The translations under genes and the position numbers were made by a program. From positions 195,305 through 259,304 of the forward strand of contig CAWEJL010000007.1 in NCBI GenBank assembly GCA_963809385.1: DNA of 64,000 bases, read 5' to 3'. Below, one piece after another: positions 9,821 to 19,623 of the stretch. Positions within the stretch are counted from its first letter, which is position 1. Every line of letters starts with the position of its first letter. The notes under the pieces are model-generated. The model searched no databases. It was given only the letters and a program-made list of their open reading frames with translations, and was not told the origin of the DNA. Source of the DNA: an uncultured Chloroflexia bacterium (lineage in GTDB: Bacteria; Chloroflexota; Ktedonobacteria; Ktedonobacterales; JADMIN01).

Positions 9821-11614
9821 TCAGAGCCGGCGGCGGCGCGAGGAGACGAGCAGGACCATGATATAGGCGCCGAAGACGATGGTCAGGATCAGCGCGAGGA
9901 GGAACAAGACCTCCGCGACGACGCTGAGGCCGGAGGGGTGGTAGGCGGCGACGATGAAGGCCGTGGCGATCGTGGTGGAGACGGCGAGCAGCGCGATCAG
10001 CACATGATTGACCAGCCGTTCCATGCGCAGGAAATAGGGATCGAAGCTCGACGGCTGGATGTTGATCTCGAAGCCACCACGCTCGATATCGCCCAGAATG
10101 CGCCGCAGACTCTGCGGTATCTCTAGCGTGCTCTCCATCGCGTCAACGCCGGAGAGCAGAAACTGCTTCGTCCAGCCGCTGAGGGTGATGCGAGAGCGCA
10201 TCACCTCTTCGGTCAGCGGCACATAGACATCCATCAGATTGAAGGTTGGGTCTACTTCCTCGCTCAGTCCCTCACCCATCGCGATGGTCTTGAGGAGCAG
10301 GGCGAGATCAGTGGGGAGGCGCATATGGCGCCAGCGCAGCACCTCCACCATATCGCCGATAAACGCTCCGAACCGCACATCAGCCATCGGGCGGTTCCAG
10401 TAACGTGAGAGCAGCCGCTGCAAATCGCGCCGCAGGGCGTTGCGGTCCACATGCTCGCGCGTGATGCAGAGATCGAGCAGCACATCGGCGAGGCGCCCCG
10501 AGTCCTGCTGCGTGATGCCCAGCAACAGTTTCATCAGGTTTTGCTGGCTGCCGCGATCTACCTCGCCGGTCATGCCGAAATCTATCAGGCCGATGGTCCC
10601 ATCCGGCTCTACGAAGACGTTGCCCGCGTGCGGGTCGGCGTGGAAGAAGCCATCGCGCACGATCATCGTCAGGAGGATGCGCGCCGCGCGCTTCGCCACG
10701 TCCGACCGGTTGAGCCGCATGGCCTCCAGCCCGGCGATATTGGTGATCTTGACACCGTGAATGCGCTCCAGCGTTAGCACGCGCGCGGTCGTGATCTCCC
10801 AATATACCTTGGGGATATGGACGCTCGCATCACCGGCGAAGTTCTCCGCGATGCGCTCCAGACTCCCGCCCTCATGCTGATAGTCCAACTCGGAGCGCAG
10901 GGTATGCGCGAACTCTTCCACGATGGCGGCCACGTCGTAGTAGCGCGCCATCTCCCACCGGCGGTTCACGAGGTTGGCGATGTCGAGCAGCACGCGCAGG
11001 TCTTCCTCAACATCCTCGATGATGTGGGGGCGCCGCAGCTTGACGATTACCTCTGTCCCATCCGGCAGCGTGGCGGCATGCGCCTGGCCAATGGATGCGG
11101 AGGCGACCGGCGTCATGTCAAACGTGGCGAAGGCCTCGTCAACCGAGCGCCCAAATTCTTCTTCGAATATCGCGCGAATCTGGTCGCCCGGCACGGGCGG
11201 CGCGCTATCCTGCAACTTTACCAGTTCTTCGCGGTAGGCCGCGGGGAGCAGGTCGCCACGGGTGGAGAGAATCTGGCCGAGCTTGATGAAGGTCGGGCCG
11301 AGGTCTTCGATGAGCAGCCGCAACTCTTCTGGCGCTTCCTTCATCCGCGCCTCGGCATGCGCCTCCGCCCTGGCTGGCCGGATCGAGCGCATCACCCGCT
11401 TGACGTCCCACCCGGCTTTGCCGACCAGGAAGCCAAAGCCATGCCGGACGAGAATCTCGATGATCTGGCGGTAGCGGCTCCTCCGGCCTTCCTTGCGTTT
11501 ATGCGGCGTGGGTGGCGGCGTGGCCGCAGGCTCAGGCGGCTGCGCGACCACTGGCACGACCACAGGCGCGACCACAGGCGCGACCGGCGGTGCGACGGTC
11601 TCGGGCGCGTTCAT
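9821..11614 (-). CDS. ABC1/UbiB (AarF) atypical kinase family protein
   Basis: 597 aa with FIKLGQILSTRGDLLP, ASIGQAH, FHADPHAGN and LIDFGM motifs, plus C-terminal TM helices. Confidence 0.85.
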   Translation of the reverse strand: MNAPETVAPPVAPVVAPVVVPVVAQPPEPAATPPPTPHKRKEGRRSRYRQIIEILVRHGFGFLVGKAGWDVKRVMRSIRPARAEAHAEARMKEAPEELRLLIEDLGPTFIKLGQILSTRGDLLPAAYREELVKLQDSAPPVPGDQIRAIFEEEFGRSVDEAFATFDMTPVASASIGQAHAATLPDGTEVIVKLRRPHIIEDVEEDLRVLLDIANLVNRRWEMARYYDVAAIVEEFAHTLRSELDYQHEGGSLERIAENFAGDASVHIPKVYWEITTARVLTLERIHGVKITNIAGLEAMRLNRSDVAKRAARILLTMIVRDGFFHADPHAGNVFVEPDGTIGLIDFGMTGEVDRGSQQNLMKLLLGITQQDSGRLADVLLDLCITREHVDRNALRRDLQRLLSRYWNRPMADVRFGAFIGDMVEVLRWRHMRLPTDLALLLKTIAMGEGLSEEVDPTFNLMDVYVPLTEEVMRSRITLSGWTKQFLLSGVDAMESTLEIPQSLRRILGDIERGGFEINIQPSSFDPYFLRMERLVNHVLIALLAVSTTIATAFIVAAYHPSGLSVVAEVLFLLALILTIVFGAYIMVLLVSSRRRRL

Positions 11615-11792
11615 CTCTCACCACCTCGATCCATGCCAGTCGATCCATGCCAGCGAGCGCGCGAAAACAAGCGGGCTGGCAGGCGCCAGGGAACATCCGG
11701 CCAAGGCCATCCGTCCGAAACGCCTGCCGCCCGCGATGATGGAGATCCGCTCCCCGGCGCCGCTCGCTGGGCCGCGCCGGGGACGCCATGCG

Positions 11793-12263
11793 TTACCGCT
11801 TTGCCGGCTCTTTCGACACATGCAGCGGAATCGAGTGCGACTTGGACTCCTCGCTCTTGTGGATGTGCAGCGTCAGCACGCCATGCTCGTAGTTCGCCAC
11901 GACCTGATCCGGGTCAATCTTTACCGGTAGCGCGATTACGCGGCTCATCTCTGGCATGGGGCGCTCGATGCGCTCATGCCGCAGATAGACCACATCCTCT
12001 TCGTGGCGCGCATAGGCCTTGCGCCCCACACGAATGGTGACCGTGTTTTCCGCGACGCTCACCTGGACGTGCTCAGGCTTCACACCGGTCAGCGACGCCT
12101 CGATGACGTATTCTTCTGGCGTGTCAATCACGTCCACGGGAATCGTGCGCCCCAGGTACATCAGCCGCTCCGAGAGGGCTGGCCCTTCATCGAACAGGCG
12201 CGTAACCGCCTCCCGCAGCGGAGTAAATACATCCATCGGTTCCTGGTTGGGTTGGGTGCTCAT
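11793..12263 (-). CDS. Hsp20/alpha-crystallin small heat-shock protein
   Basis: Alpha-crystallin domain ending in GVLTLHIHK. ATG lies 7 nt after GAGGAGG. Confidence 0.9.
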   Translation of the reverse strand: MSTQPNQEPMDVFTPLREAVTRLFDEGPALSERLMYLGRTIPVDVIDTPEEYVIEASLTGVKPEHVQVSVAENTVTIRVGRKAYARHEEDVVYLRHERIERPMPEMSRVIALPVKIDPDQVVANYEHGVLTLHIHKSEESKSHSIPLHVSKEPAKR

Positions 12264-13263
12264 CACTATGTCCTCCTCATTCGCCTCTCATACTCCTGAA
12301 AGGCGAGGATACGCCTGACAAGACGTGGGCTCCATCGTTCCACGGCATCCGCATTGTCATCTCGCGCGGTCACGAATCCATCACCCTCACGCCTTGCCCG
12401 TTCGCAAGCGCGTCACGAGAACGAGGAGGTTTCTCGCATACGCCATGCCACACCTCGCGTTTCACCGCTACTTCCATCCCAATGACCGCCGCTTCCTGTG
12501 TTCCAGTGCCACTGCCTCGCGTCAGTACGGCTGTGGGGATATCGGGGACACTGCGCATGTGGAGGTGGTATGGAGCGCCAGTTGCGCGGCCCCAACGCGT
12601 CCGACGCCGAGCTGATGATCTCCGACCACGCAGACGAAGATTTCGTTGCCGTCTGCAAGGCGATCGGGCGGCGAGCCCACCGGTAGACCGTCGCGGCATG
12701 GCGGCGCGTGGGATGTACGACGCCATCTCGGGGCACAGTTCCTGGCGTGCTCACCGCCGCGTCGCCAGGGTGGCAGGAATATGACTAGCGCCTACGGCAG
12801 CGAGAGTCCGTCGCCAACAGCGCCTATCCCCGTCACCGCCGCGCGGCCCCGCTCCAACCGCAGCAGCGCCCGCTTCGCCAATCCGATGCGTCTTCGCCGG
12901 CGCCACCGGCTAGCTGAGGATACAGCCACATCAGCTCGATACGGCCACGCCCGTCATCACGCGAAGCCGCTACCGTGCGCTCGAGTGGCGCGGGCGTCAT
13001 CGCCGCGCTATGGTCACGGGGTTGGTGAGCAAATGGCGCGCCCAGCCCGCTTCTGCTCATCGATACTTCCGCTCGCACGCTGTGAATGCAGCTTATTACG
13101 CGCGAGCGTCAGCGCTGATGTTCCGTCTCGTCCGTCGGCCTAGCGGCGATGTACGCCTGTACGCTCAAGGGTGGGAGCGCTTCCTCATCCAAGATTCATC
13201 CTCGCTATACCAACCGGCTGAAGCCGCCTTTCGAGGGCGCAATCATGCTGACACTGGGGCTGA

Positions 13264-14972
13264 GCGAAGACGCTCAAGCCGTGGCGCGCCCCACCTGGCG
13301 AGACAAGAGCGCCTCCGACGGCAGCCCACCCGCTACCCGCCGGAACGCGCGTAACTGACGCTTTCCTGAGCGCTGAAGGGCAACTGCTGATTCTTGGCGA
13401 GCCTGGCGCGGGCAAGAGCACGCTGCTCTACCAACTCGCGCAGGACCTCGTCGCACGCGCCAAAGACGATGGAGCGGTCCCAATTCCTGTCGTTTTCGAC
13501 CTGGTCTCCTGGACACAGGCACGCAAGCCGCTAGGAGACTGGATGGTAGACCAGCTCATCCAGACCTGGCAGATTCCTGATCCCATCGCGTGCGCGTGGG
13601 TCAGCCAGCGCGAGATCGCGCCGCTGCTGGACGGATTGGACGAGGTGAGCGAGAGCGATCGCGATGCCTGCGTGGACGCCATCAACCACTACCAGCGTGC
13701 GCATGGGCTCGACCCGCTGGCAGTGTGCAGCCGAACTCAGCAATACCGTGACCTGCATGATCGCCTTGACCTACGTCGGGCAGTCATTGCGCAGCGGCTC
13801 ACGCCCAAGCAGATAGATGCCTATTTAGACGCTGGAAAAGAGAAACTAGCGGCGCTACGCGAGCTGACTCAGGCGAATGGAGTAATTCGTGAGTTGATGT
13901 CGACGCCACTGCTGCTGTGTGTCATTTCCTTGGCATACAAGAACTCTGCGCCGAACTCCATCTTGCGTCCAACTGACGACCTAAAATCCTGGAGACGAGT
14001 CGTCTTCTTCGACTATGTGCAACGAATGCAGGATCATCGTCTTCCAACCAATGCGCAGAGAAAGTCTAGCAACTATTCAGTAGCCGAAATGACCTATTAT
14101 CTGGCATGGCTTGCCAATAACATGCGAACCAACCTCAGAACGGATTTATTTTTCTTTGAACAGTTGAAACTATATGAGTTGTCAGTAATGGGCACGCAAT
14201 TTCACTGGCGATGGAGTTCGATCGTAATGAATAGCATATATCGCCGGGTCTCTGTTTTGTTTATACGCGTTGGGCCACTTAAAGGAGCAATGTATTTATC
14301 ATGGCACAAACTATGGCGCGTTTTTATGATCGGAATAGCATGGGGTTTGTTCATTGGGTTAGCAGCAGGAGTGGTCTTGGGACTCTCCATTGGATTGTTT
14401 GGAGGGGTATTGGTAGCGCTGTCGTTTGCTGGATTTACTTGGCTCTCTGATGGGCCAATCACAGTGGTTGAAATGGATGAGCGCGATATAAGCACCCCAA
14501 AGATGGCTCAGTGAGTTCACTTCGGATTGGATTCCTTTCGACAATTCCTGCTTTCTTAGTCACCACTATTACTTTTAGCTCATTACTTACGGTGCTCCAA
14601 CTAGCATCTGAAGTGATAGTCAAATATCTTACTAATGATATATCTTCAATGAGTCAACTAGATGCGCAGGATATTTTCTTACTGTTAACGTTGAATGCAG
14701 TCGGAGCTCTGGTACCTGGCCTAATTTTGGGTGTGAGTGCTGGATGGAGGAATGGGTTGGGAAGCTTTATTGGATATCGAGTTACTTTGCAAGCGCTGAT
14801 CCGCCTGCGCCTCATGCCTGCTCACCCCGTCGCGTTTCTCGACTTCGCCGCCGAGCATGTCCTGCTGCAGCGCGTCGGTGGCGGCTACCGCTTCATCCAC
14901 GGGCTGCTGCTGGACTACTTTGCCGACCAGTGGCCCGCGCTCTCCGCGCATCCGCCCGCGCGCAAGGGATAG
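13264..14972 (+). pseudogene. NACHT/STAND P-loop NTPase with internal multi-TM segment, lacking a start codon and split by a frameshift
   Basis: Walker A GEPGAGKST (13396-13422) and Walker B LLDGLDE (about 13621-13647) are present. The C-terminal motif LLQRVGGGYRFIHGLLLDYFA is in ORF 14511..14972. There is no ATG, GTG or TTG between the TGA at 13261 and the Walker A. The frame changes at about 14505-14514, in the middle of the TM region. Confidence 0.6.
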
Positions 14973-15158
14973 CGGATTGCCAGAGGCGCCTTGGCGCAAG
15001 GATTGCCACTCTCGCCGCGCGCAGCCGGAATGAGGCGTGAGACCACGTTGCGGTCTATGTTTGGGCGTTCGTCGTCGCCATGCCAACAGGCTCGGCGCCC
15101 AGCGCGCGGCCATGCCGAGGCGCCGTGTCACCTGCTGGCAGAGAAAGGACAGTTCCAG

Positions 15159-15749
15159 ATGGGTAGCGTCAGCACAGGGTTCTCTATGTCGCTTGACGGG
15201 TTCGTCGCCGAGCCGGATGACAGCGTCGAACGGCTCTTCAGGTGGTACGCGCTGGGTGGCGCGGACCATGAAATTTCCACCGGCGATCACACGATCCCGA
15301 TGAACGCCGAGGGCGCCGAGTTCGTGATGGAGGCCGCCAAGGCGGTTGGGGCGCTGGTGATGGGGCGGCGGGAGTTCGACCTAGCGCATGGCTTTGGCGG
15401 CAAACATCCCCTGGATGTCCCTATGGTCATCGTGACGCATCGTCCTGCGCCGGACTGGGTCGAGGCTGGCTGGCCCGTCACCTTCGTCCATGACGGTGTA
15501 CCCAGCGCCATCGCCCAGGCCAAAGCCCTGGCGGGCGACAAGACGGTCGCCGTCGCCTCGACTACCATCGTCCAACAATGCCTCAACGCCGGGCTGCTCG
15601 ACGAGATCCACATTGACCTGGTCCCCATCCTGCTCAGCCACGGCATCCCGCTCTTCGCCAATCTGACCACCGGCCCGCTCGACCTGGAATGCGTAGACGT
15701 GAGCCCTGCCACTGGTGTTACTCACCTCACCTACCGCGTGATCAGATAG
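15159..15749 (+). CDS. dihydrofolate reductase family protein (RibD C-terminal domain)
   Basis: Starts MGSVSTGFSMSLDGFVAEPD and ends THLTYRV, typical of RibD_C proteins. Confidence 0.75.
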   Translation: MGSVSTGFSMSLDGFVAEPDDSVERLFRWYALGGADHEISTGDHTIPMNAEGAEFVMEAAKAVGALVMGRREFDLAHGFGGKHPLDVPMVIVTHRPAPDWVEAGWPVTFVHDGVPSAIAQAKALAGDKTVAVASTTIVQQCLNAGLLDEIHIDLVPILLSHGIPLFANLTTGPLDLECVDVSPATGVTHLTYRVIR

Positions 15750-15870
15750 CGGCGAATGATCAGATAGCGGCGAAGACTTGATCCCTGCCGCTGGCCACAA
15801 AGCCAGCGGCAGGGATGCGCAGCGCGCTGCGAGCGCCAGGATGGGCGTTAGTATGTTCGCGGGCAGCGCG

Positions 15871-16464
15871 TCAGTTGGCGGCGTGCTCACGGTTTGGCTC
15901 GTAGCGCAGAGCGACGACCCCGCTCGGAAACGCCCGTGATTCCAGCAGTTTCAGTGGCATTTTGCGCGTGACGCCAGTAAACAGAGGCTTGCCTTCGCCC
16001 AGCGTCGTCGGATTGATCTGGATGCGGTACTCGTCTATCAGGTCGAGTTGCGCGAATGTCTGGAACAGCGCGACGCTGCCGAGAAACCAGATATCCTTGC
16101 CCGGCTGGCGTTTGATGGCGTTGATCTGGTCAGCGATGTTGTCCTTGATCAGCACGGTGTTGGTCGCGCCGTTCCAGTCGACATGATCCAGCGTGCGCGA
16201 GACGACGATCTTCGTCGCGCCCTCCAGGAAGCGCGCGTGCTCCAACTCCGCTGGCGTGCTTTCCGGATTGCCCGGTATGGTCAGCCAGTAGCTCGCCATG
16301 CCCTCATACGTCCGCCGGCCCCAGATGACGGCGTCGGTCTGCGCGTGCAGCGTGTGGGCGTACTGCTCGAGGTCGCTATCGTAGGAAATCCAGTCCAGCT
16401 CATCGTTAGGCCCGGCCGCGAACCCGTCCAGCGAGAGATGGATCAGCGCGATAACTCGCCTCAT
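15871..16464 (-). CDS. dihydrofolate reductase family protein (RibD C-terminal domain)
   Basis: MRRVIALIHLSLDGFAAGPNDELDW ... GVVALRYEP. Confidence 0.8.
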   Translation of the reverse strand: MRRVIALIHLSLDGFAAGPNDELDWISYDSDLEQYAHTLHAQTDAVIWGRRTYEGMASYWLTIPGNPESTPAELEHARFLEGATKIVVSRTLDHVDWNGATNTVLIKDNIADQINAIKRQPGKDIWFLGSVALFQTFAQLDLIDEYRIQINPTTLGEGKPLFTGVTRKMPLKLLESRAFPSGVVALRYEPNREHAAN

Positions 16465-16658
16465 CGTGTGTACTCCTTGTGTGATGGCGTCATACGGGGA
16501 GTATCCCCTTCCCAGTATGACAAGGCATTCCCTACATCCCTCGCGCGGACGGAAAGCACCCCACTATTGCGTGCGGGACTGGGTCAGCGCGCCACCTGCG
16601 CAGACACCGCCGCCGCCAGCCAGCGGGCCAGCGGCGGCGGCGTCTGCGGGCGGGTAGG

Positions 16659-17720
16659 CTAGGCGACGGCGCGGCCGGCGACCCGCGCCTCCGGGCGCAT
16701 GACAATGAGGGCATAGATCAGCGCCACCAGCATGATGGCCACCGGAGCCACGATACTGACGATGTACTGCTCGGCGGGGACACCCGCTGTGCTCGTTATC
16801 GCGCCGGTCGGTTCGGTGATGAAGAATCCCAGCCACGGGTTGTTCAGGATATAGCCATCCATCCACGGGATGGACATCCTGAGCTGGATTTCAGGGCCCG
16901 CTGAGAGCAGCGCCAGCGCGGTGAGCGCGATCCAGCTGGCCAGCCACCCCCAGCGGCCCGTCTGGGCGGCGTGCGCCAGCGCCGCGCTGGCGATCGCCAC
17001 CGGCAGCGCGGCCAGCGCGATCCAGACGACGGGCAGCATGAGCTGCAATTCGAGGATCTTTTCCATTTGCAGGGGCGAACCATTTCCAAACAGCTGGAAC
17101 AGGACATGTGCGGTCGCCAGGTAGCCGAGCGCGCTCATGACCACGATCCCGACGATCGCCCACACGATGAGCGCGCGCCGCTCGCCCTGACCCACCCCCA
17201 CTGTGGCGCGCCCCGCCGCGCTCCGGGCTGAGGTGAGGGAATAGACCAGCGCGGCGAGCGGGACGAGCAGGAACGCCACAGCCCAACCCGCCTGAGTGAC
17301 GAATGGCGCCGTCCCAGTTGAGATTCCTGGGCAGTCGGCGTTGGAAGCGCAGGGCGTGGCGAACAGCAGAATCTGGACGCTAGCGGTCAGCGAATTGATC
17401 CAGGCGGCGATGGGCGCGATAACGAGCAGCGCGATGAAGAGCGCCATCCAGCCCCGGCGGCCCGCCCGCGCGGCGTCGCTGGCGGCCAGGACGCCCAGCG
17501 GGATGACCAGCAAGACCCAGAGCTGCAGCGCCAATACCACCCCCAGCGTCCAATCACCCCAGTCTTGCTCGCGAAAGAAACTCGCCGGGTGTGTCAACAA
17601 TGCGGCCACGAACGCTACCATCGCTACCAGCGCCACGATCGCGTACACGCGGATCGCCTGTCGCATACGTTCCTCTTTCCTCCTCCATCGGGAACGCAAG
17701 GGTTCAGGATGTGTCCTCAT
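16659..17720 (-). CDS. hypothetical polytopic membrane protein
   Basis: 353-aa ORF with about 9 hydrophobic helices and no known motif. Confidence 0.5.
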   Translation of the reverse strand: MRTHPEPLRSRWRRKEERMRQAIRVYAIVALVAMVAFVAALLTHPASFFREQDWGDWTLGVVLALQLWVLLVIPLGVLAASDAARAGRRGWMALFIALLVIAPIAAWINSLTASVQILLFATPCASNADCPGISTGTAPFVTQAGWAVAFLLVPLAALVYSLTSARSAAGRATVGVGQGERRALIVWAIVGIVVMSALGYLATAHVLFQLFGNGSPLQMEKILELQLMLPVVWIALAALPVAIASAALAHAAQTGRWGWLASWIALTALALLSAGPEIQLRMSIPWMDGYILNNPWLGFFITEPTGAITSTAGVPAEQYIVSIVAPVAIMLVALIYALIVMRPEARVAGRAVA

Positions 17721-17848
17721 CCTCGAACGTCTCGCGCCGCTCTTTCTACGCCCGGTTGCGCGCGAGGTTGCATGCGGGCAAAAAGAGAAGCTGGCTGGCC
17801 ACCTGAGCTCAGGTGGTCAGCCAACGGGTGAACCTCGTGGGGAAGCGC

Positions 17849-17889
17849 TACTCGCGGATGCGGCGGGCGGGCAGCGGGCGCACCAGCGG
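17849..17889. repeat. 41-bp direct repeat, copy 1 (orphan copy of the 3' end of gene 19624..22027)
   Basis: TACTCGCGGATGCGGCGGGCGGGCAGCGGGCGCACCAGCGG is identical to 19625-19665. On the minus strand it reads ...NPLVRPLPARRIRE-stop. Confidence 0.9.
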
Positions 17890-18028
17890 ATTCGTGCCGT
17901 TCAGGCTCTCCTCCTCCAAGGACGTCAAATCAGTCTATATCCGTGCACATGGTATTGACAGCATCATTGTTTCATGGCATTCTTGGTCTATAGCAGCTAC
18001 AAGCACAAGAAAGGAGGCAATCTGCAGT

Positions 18029-18238
18029 CATGTAGCGACCTGGCGGCGCAGGATTCGCCCGCTATTACCTTCATCCTCTCTGAACATCACAGTCATGTAG
18101 CGACCCGGCGGCGCAGGATTCGCCCGCTATTACCTTCACTCCAGTCATGTACGACCCGGCGGCGCAGGATTCGCCCGCTATTACCTTCATCCTCTCTGAA
18201 CATCACAGTCATGTAGCGATCCGGCGGCGCAGGATTCC
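18029..18238. repeat. tandem repeat, 3.5 units of 65/52/64/29 bp
   Basis: Units begin CATGTAGCGACC(C/T)GGCGGCGCAGGATTCGCCCGCTATTACCTTCA at 18029, 18094, 18146 and 18210. Units 1 and 3 share the tail TCCTCTCTGAACATCACAGT. Confidence 0.85.
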
Positions 18239-18391
18239 GTGCCATGAATACAAGGCGTGCTGATCTTGCGGCACTCACACTGGTGGAAGTCAGCGCGAAA
18301 AGAAGCGATAGCGCCATCGAAGGACACTTGGTACATCGAGCCACATGGCGTCATACAAGTCCATGTGAGCGTGAGAGAAGGAGACACTCGA

Positions 18392-19024
18392 GTGAAGTCG
18401 CTCCTAGTTTACCGCGCAGCAGCTGTGTTGGCACTGCTGCTATTGGTTGGGACAGCCGTTTCGCCATCATTTACAACGTACGCTTCTCCTGGTACAGGGC
18501 ATCCGACCGCTTTATCGGCCGTCGGAGCAGGTACTTGGAAGACTTTGAAACCAAGTTCTCATCAGTCGGCGAGTAGCGGTATTACGCCCAAGGTATATGG
18601 CGGCCCTGGTGGATCCACATGCCCTTCGGGCTCTTATTCGTATTCGGGTTCCAATGCCCAATATAACTGTATTGACGTCACCGCTGATGGCTCAGGACAT
18701 GGGGTTTGGACGCGACAAGGTGACGGCAACTACGGATACACTCACTTTTTCACTCCCCACAACGTATGGATGTCAACCGTTTCGGCAGTGATAGCCGCAC
18801 AAGCCTACGGCTTATATCAATCAAGCACTGGGCGCTACCTCTACGGCGCTTACCACGTCAACAGCAATGGCGATGTGGATCAGTACATTAATATCTACGA
18901 GAGTAGAAACGCAGCGCCAGCTCCAGATGGTAACGAAATTGGGGTCATCACCGCGTATTGCCAAGGGCCAGGCCGTAGTTTCGAGCAGTATTGCCCTGAC
19001 TGGGTAAATACGTCCTGGCTGTGA
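18392..19024 (+). CDS. hypothetical secreted protein (signal peptide, Cys-containing)
   Basis: GTG follows GAAGGAG. The signal-like N-terminus is VKSLLVYRAAAVLALLLLVGTAVS. GC is visibly lower than in the flanks. No family recognised. Confidence 0.55.
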   Translation: MKSLLVYRAAAVLALLLLVGTAVSPSFTTYASPGTGHPTALSAVGAGTWKTLKPSSHQSASSGITPKVYGGPGGSTCPSGSYSYSGSNAQYNCIDVTADGSGHGVWTRQGDGNYGYTHFFTPHNVWMSTVSAVIAAQAYGLYQSSTGRYLYGAYHVNSNGDVDQYINIYESRNAAPAPDGNEIGVITAYCQGPGRSFEQYCPDWVNTSWL

Positions 19025-19145
19025 CTTTGCGCCGCACATTTCGGAACGAAATAACGGGTGAGCCATTGCCAAGGACTCCGATTGTCTGGAATCCGGCAAG
19101 GACTCACCCCTGGCGATGAGTGCGATGAGTGCAAGGAGTTTGAAC

Positions 19146-19478
19146 ATGCCATACCAACCTCATCATGCCTATTATGGGAAGGTCACAGAAGCAGTTCAAA
19201 CAACTCTCCTTCGGGCTGGCCCAGAGTACGGCTACGAGCTCGTTGACGTTAGCCACCTGGTAGATACCTTGATGATTGCATTCCGATGGCATGAAACTGG
19301 TGATACACTGTTTGTCTGCTCCATTGACCTTCAACTTCATGCCGACAGCCATCATCCGGTCAACATGGCGGAGACGATTGTTTCGACGAATTTCCTCGAA
19401 AGCATCGGCGCTGGGTGGTTTGAGCACATTCACGCCTTTTCCATAGGCAACCTGACATTCGTCACACAAGAGCAGTGA
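19146..19478 (+). CDS. hypothetical small cytoplasmic protein
   Basis: ATG lies 7 nt after AAGGAG. About 110 aa, same strand and islet as the secreted protein. Confidence 0.4.
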   Translation: MPYQPHHAYYGKVTEAVQTTLLRAGPEYGYELVDVSHLVDTLMIAFRWHETGDTLFVCSIDLQLHADSHHPVNMAETIVSTNFLESIGAGWFEHIHAFSIGNLTFVTQEQ

Positions 19479-19623
19479 CGCAAGTGCATCAAACCATAGT
19501 ATTGCTCGATTGCATTACCTCGATGCTGAGGCGAGCGCACAGACACCACGCCGCCGAATGGCTCGGTGGCGGGCGGCTCTGCTCCCCTCTCCCGCCGCAG
19601 CGGAGGAGGGGCTGGGGGCGTCG

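Noticed and set aside
12264-12310. ROSE-like RNA thermometer in the hsp20 leader
   Set aside because: A CCUC upstream could pair with the GAGGAGG ribosome-binding site, but only with a 4-nt bulge. A competing hairpin (UCGCCU/AGGCGA) does not include the site. This is too weak to call.
18029-18238. Possible CRISPR array
   Set aside because: The segments between the conserved cores are too short (10-23 nt), and two of them are identical to each other. The units abut directly, and no cas genes or leader are nearby. It is a plain tandem repeat.
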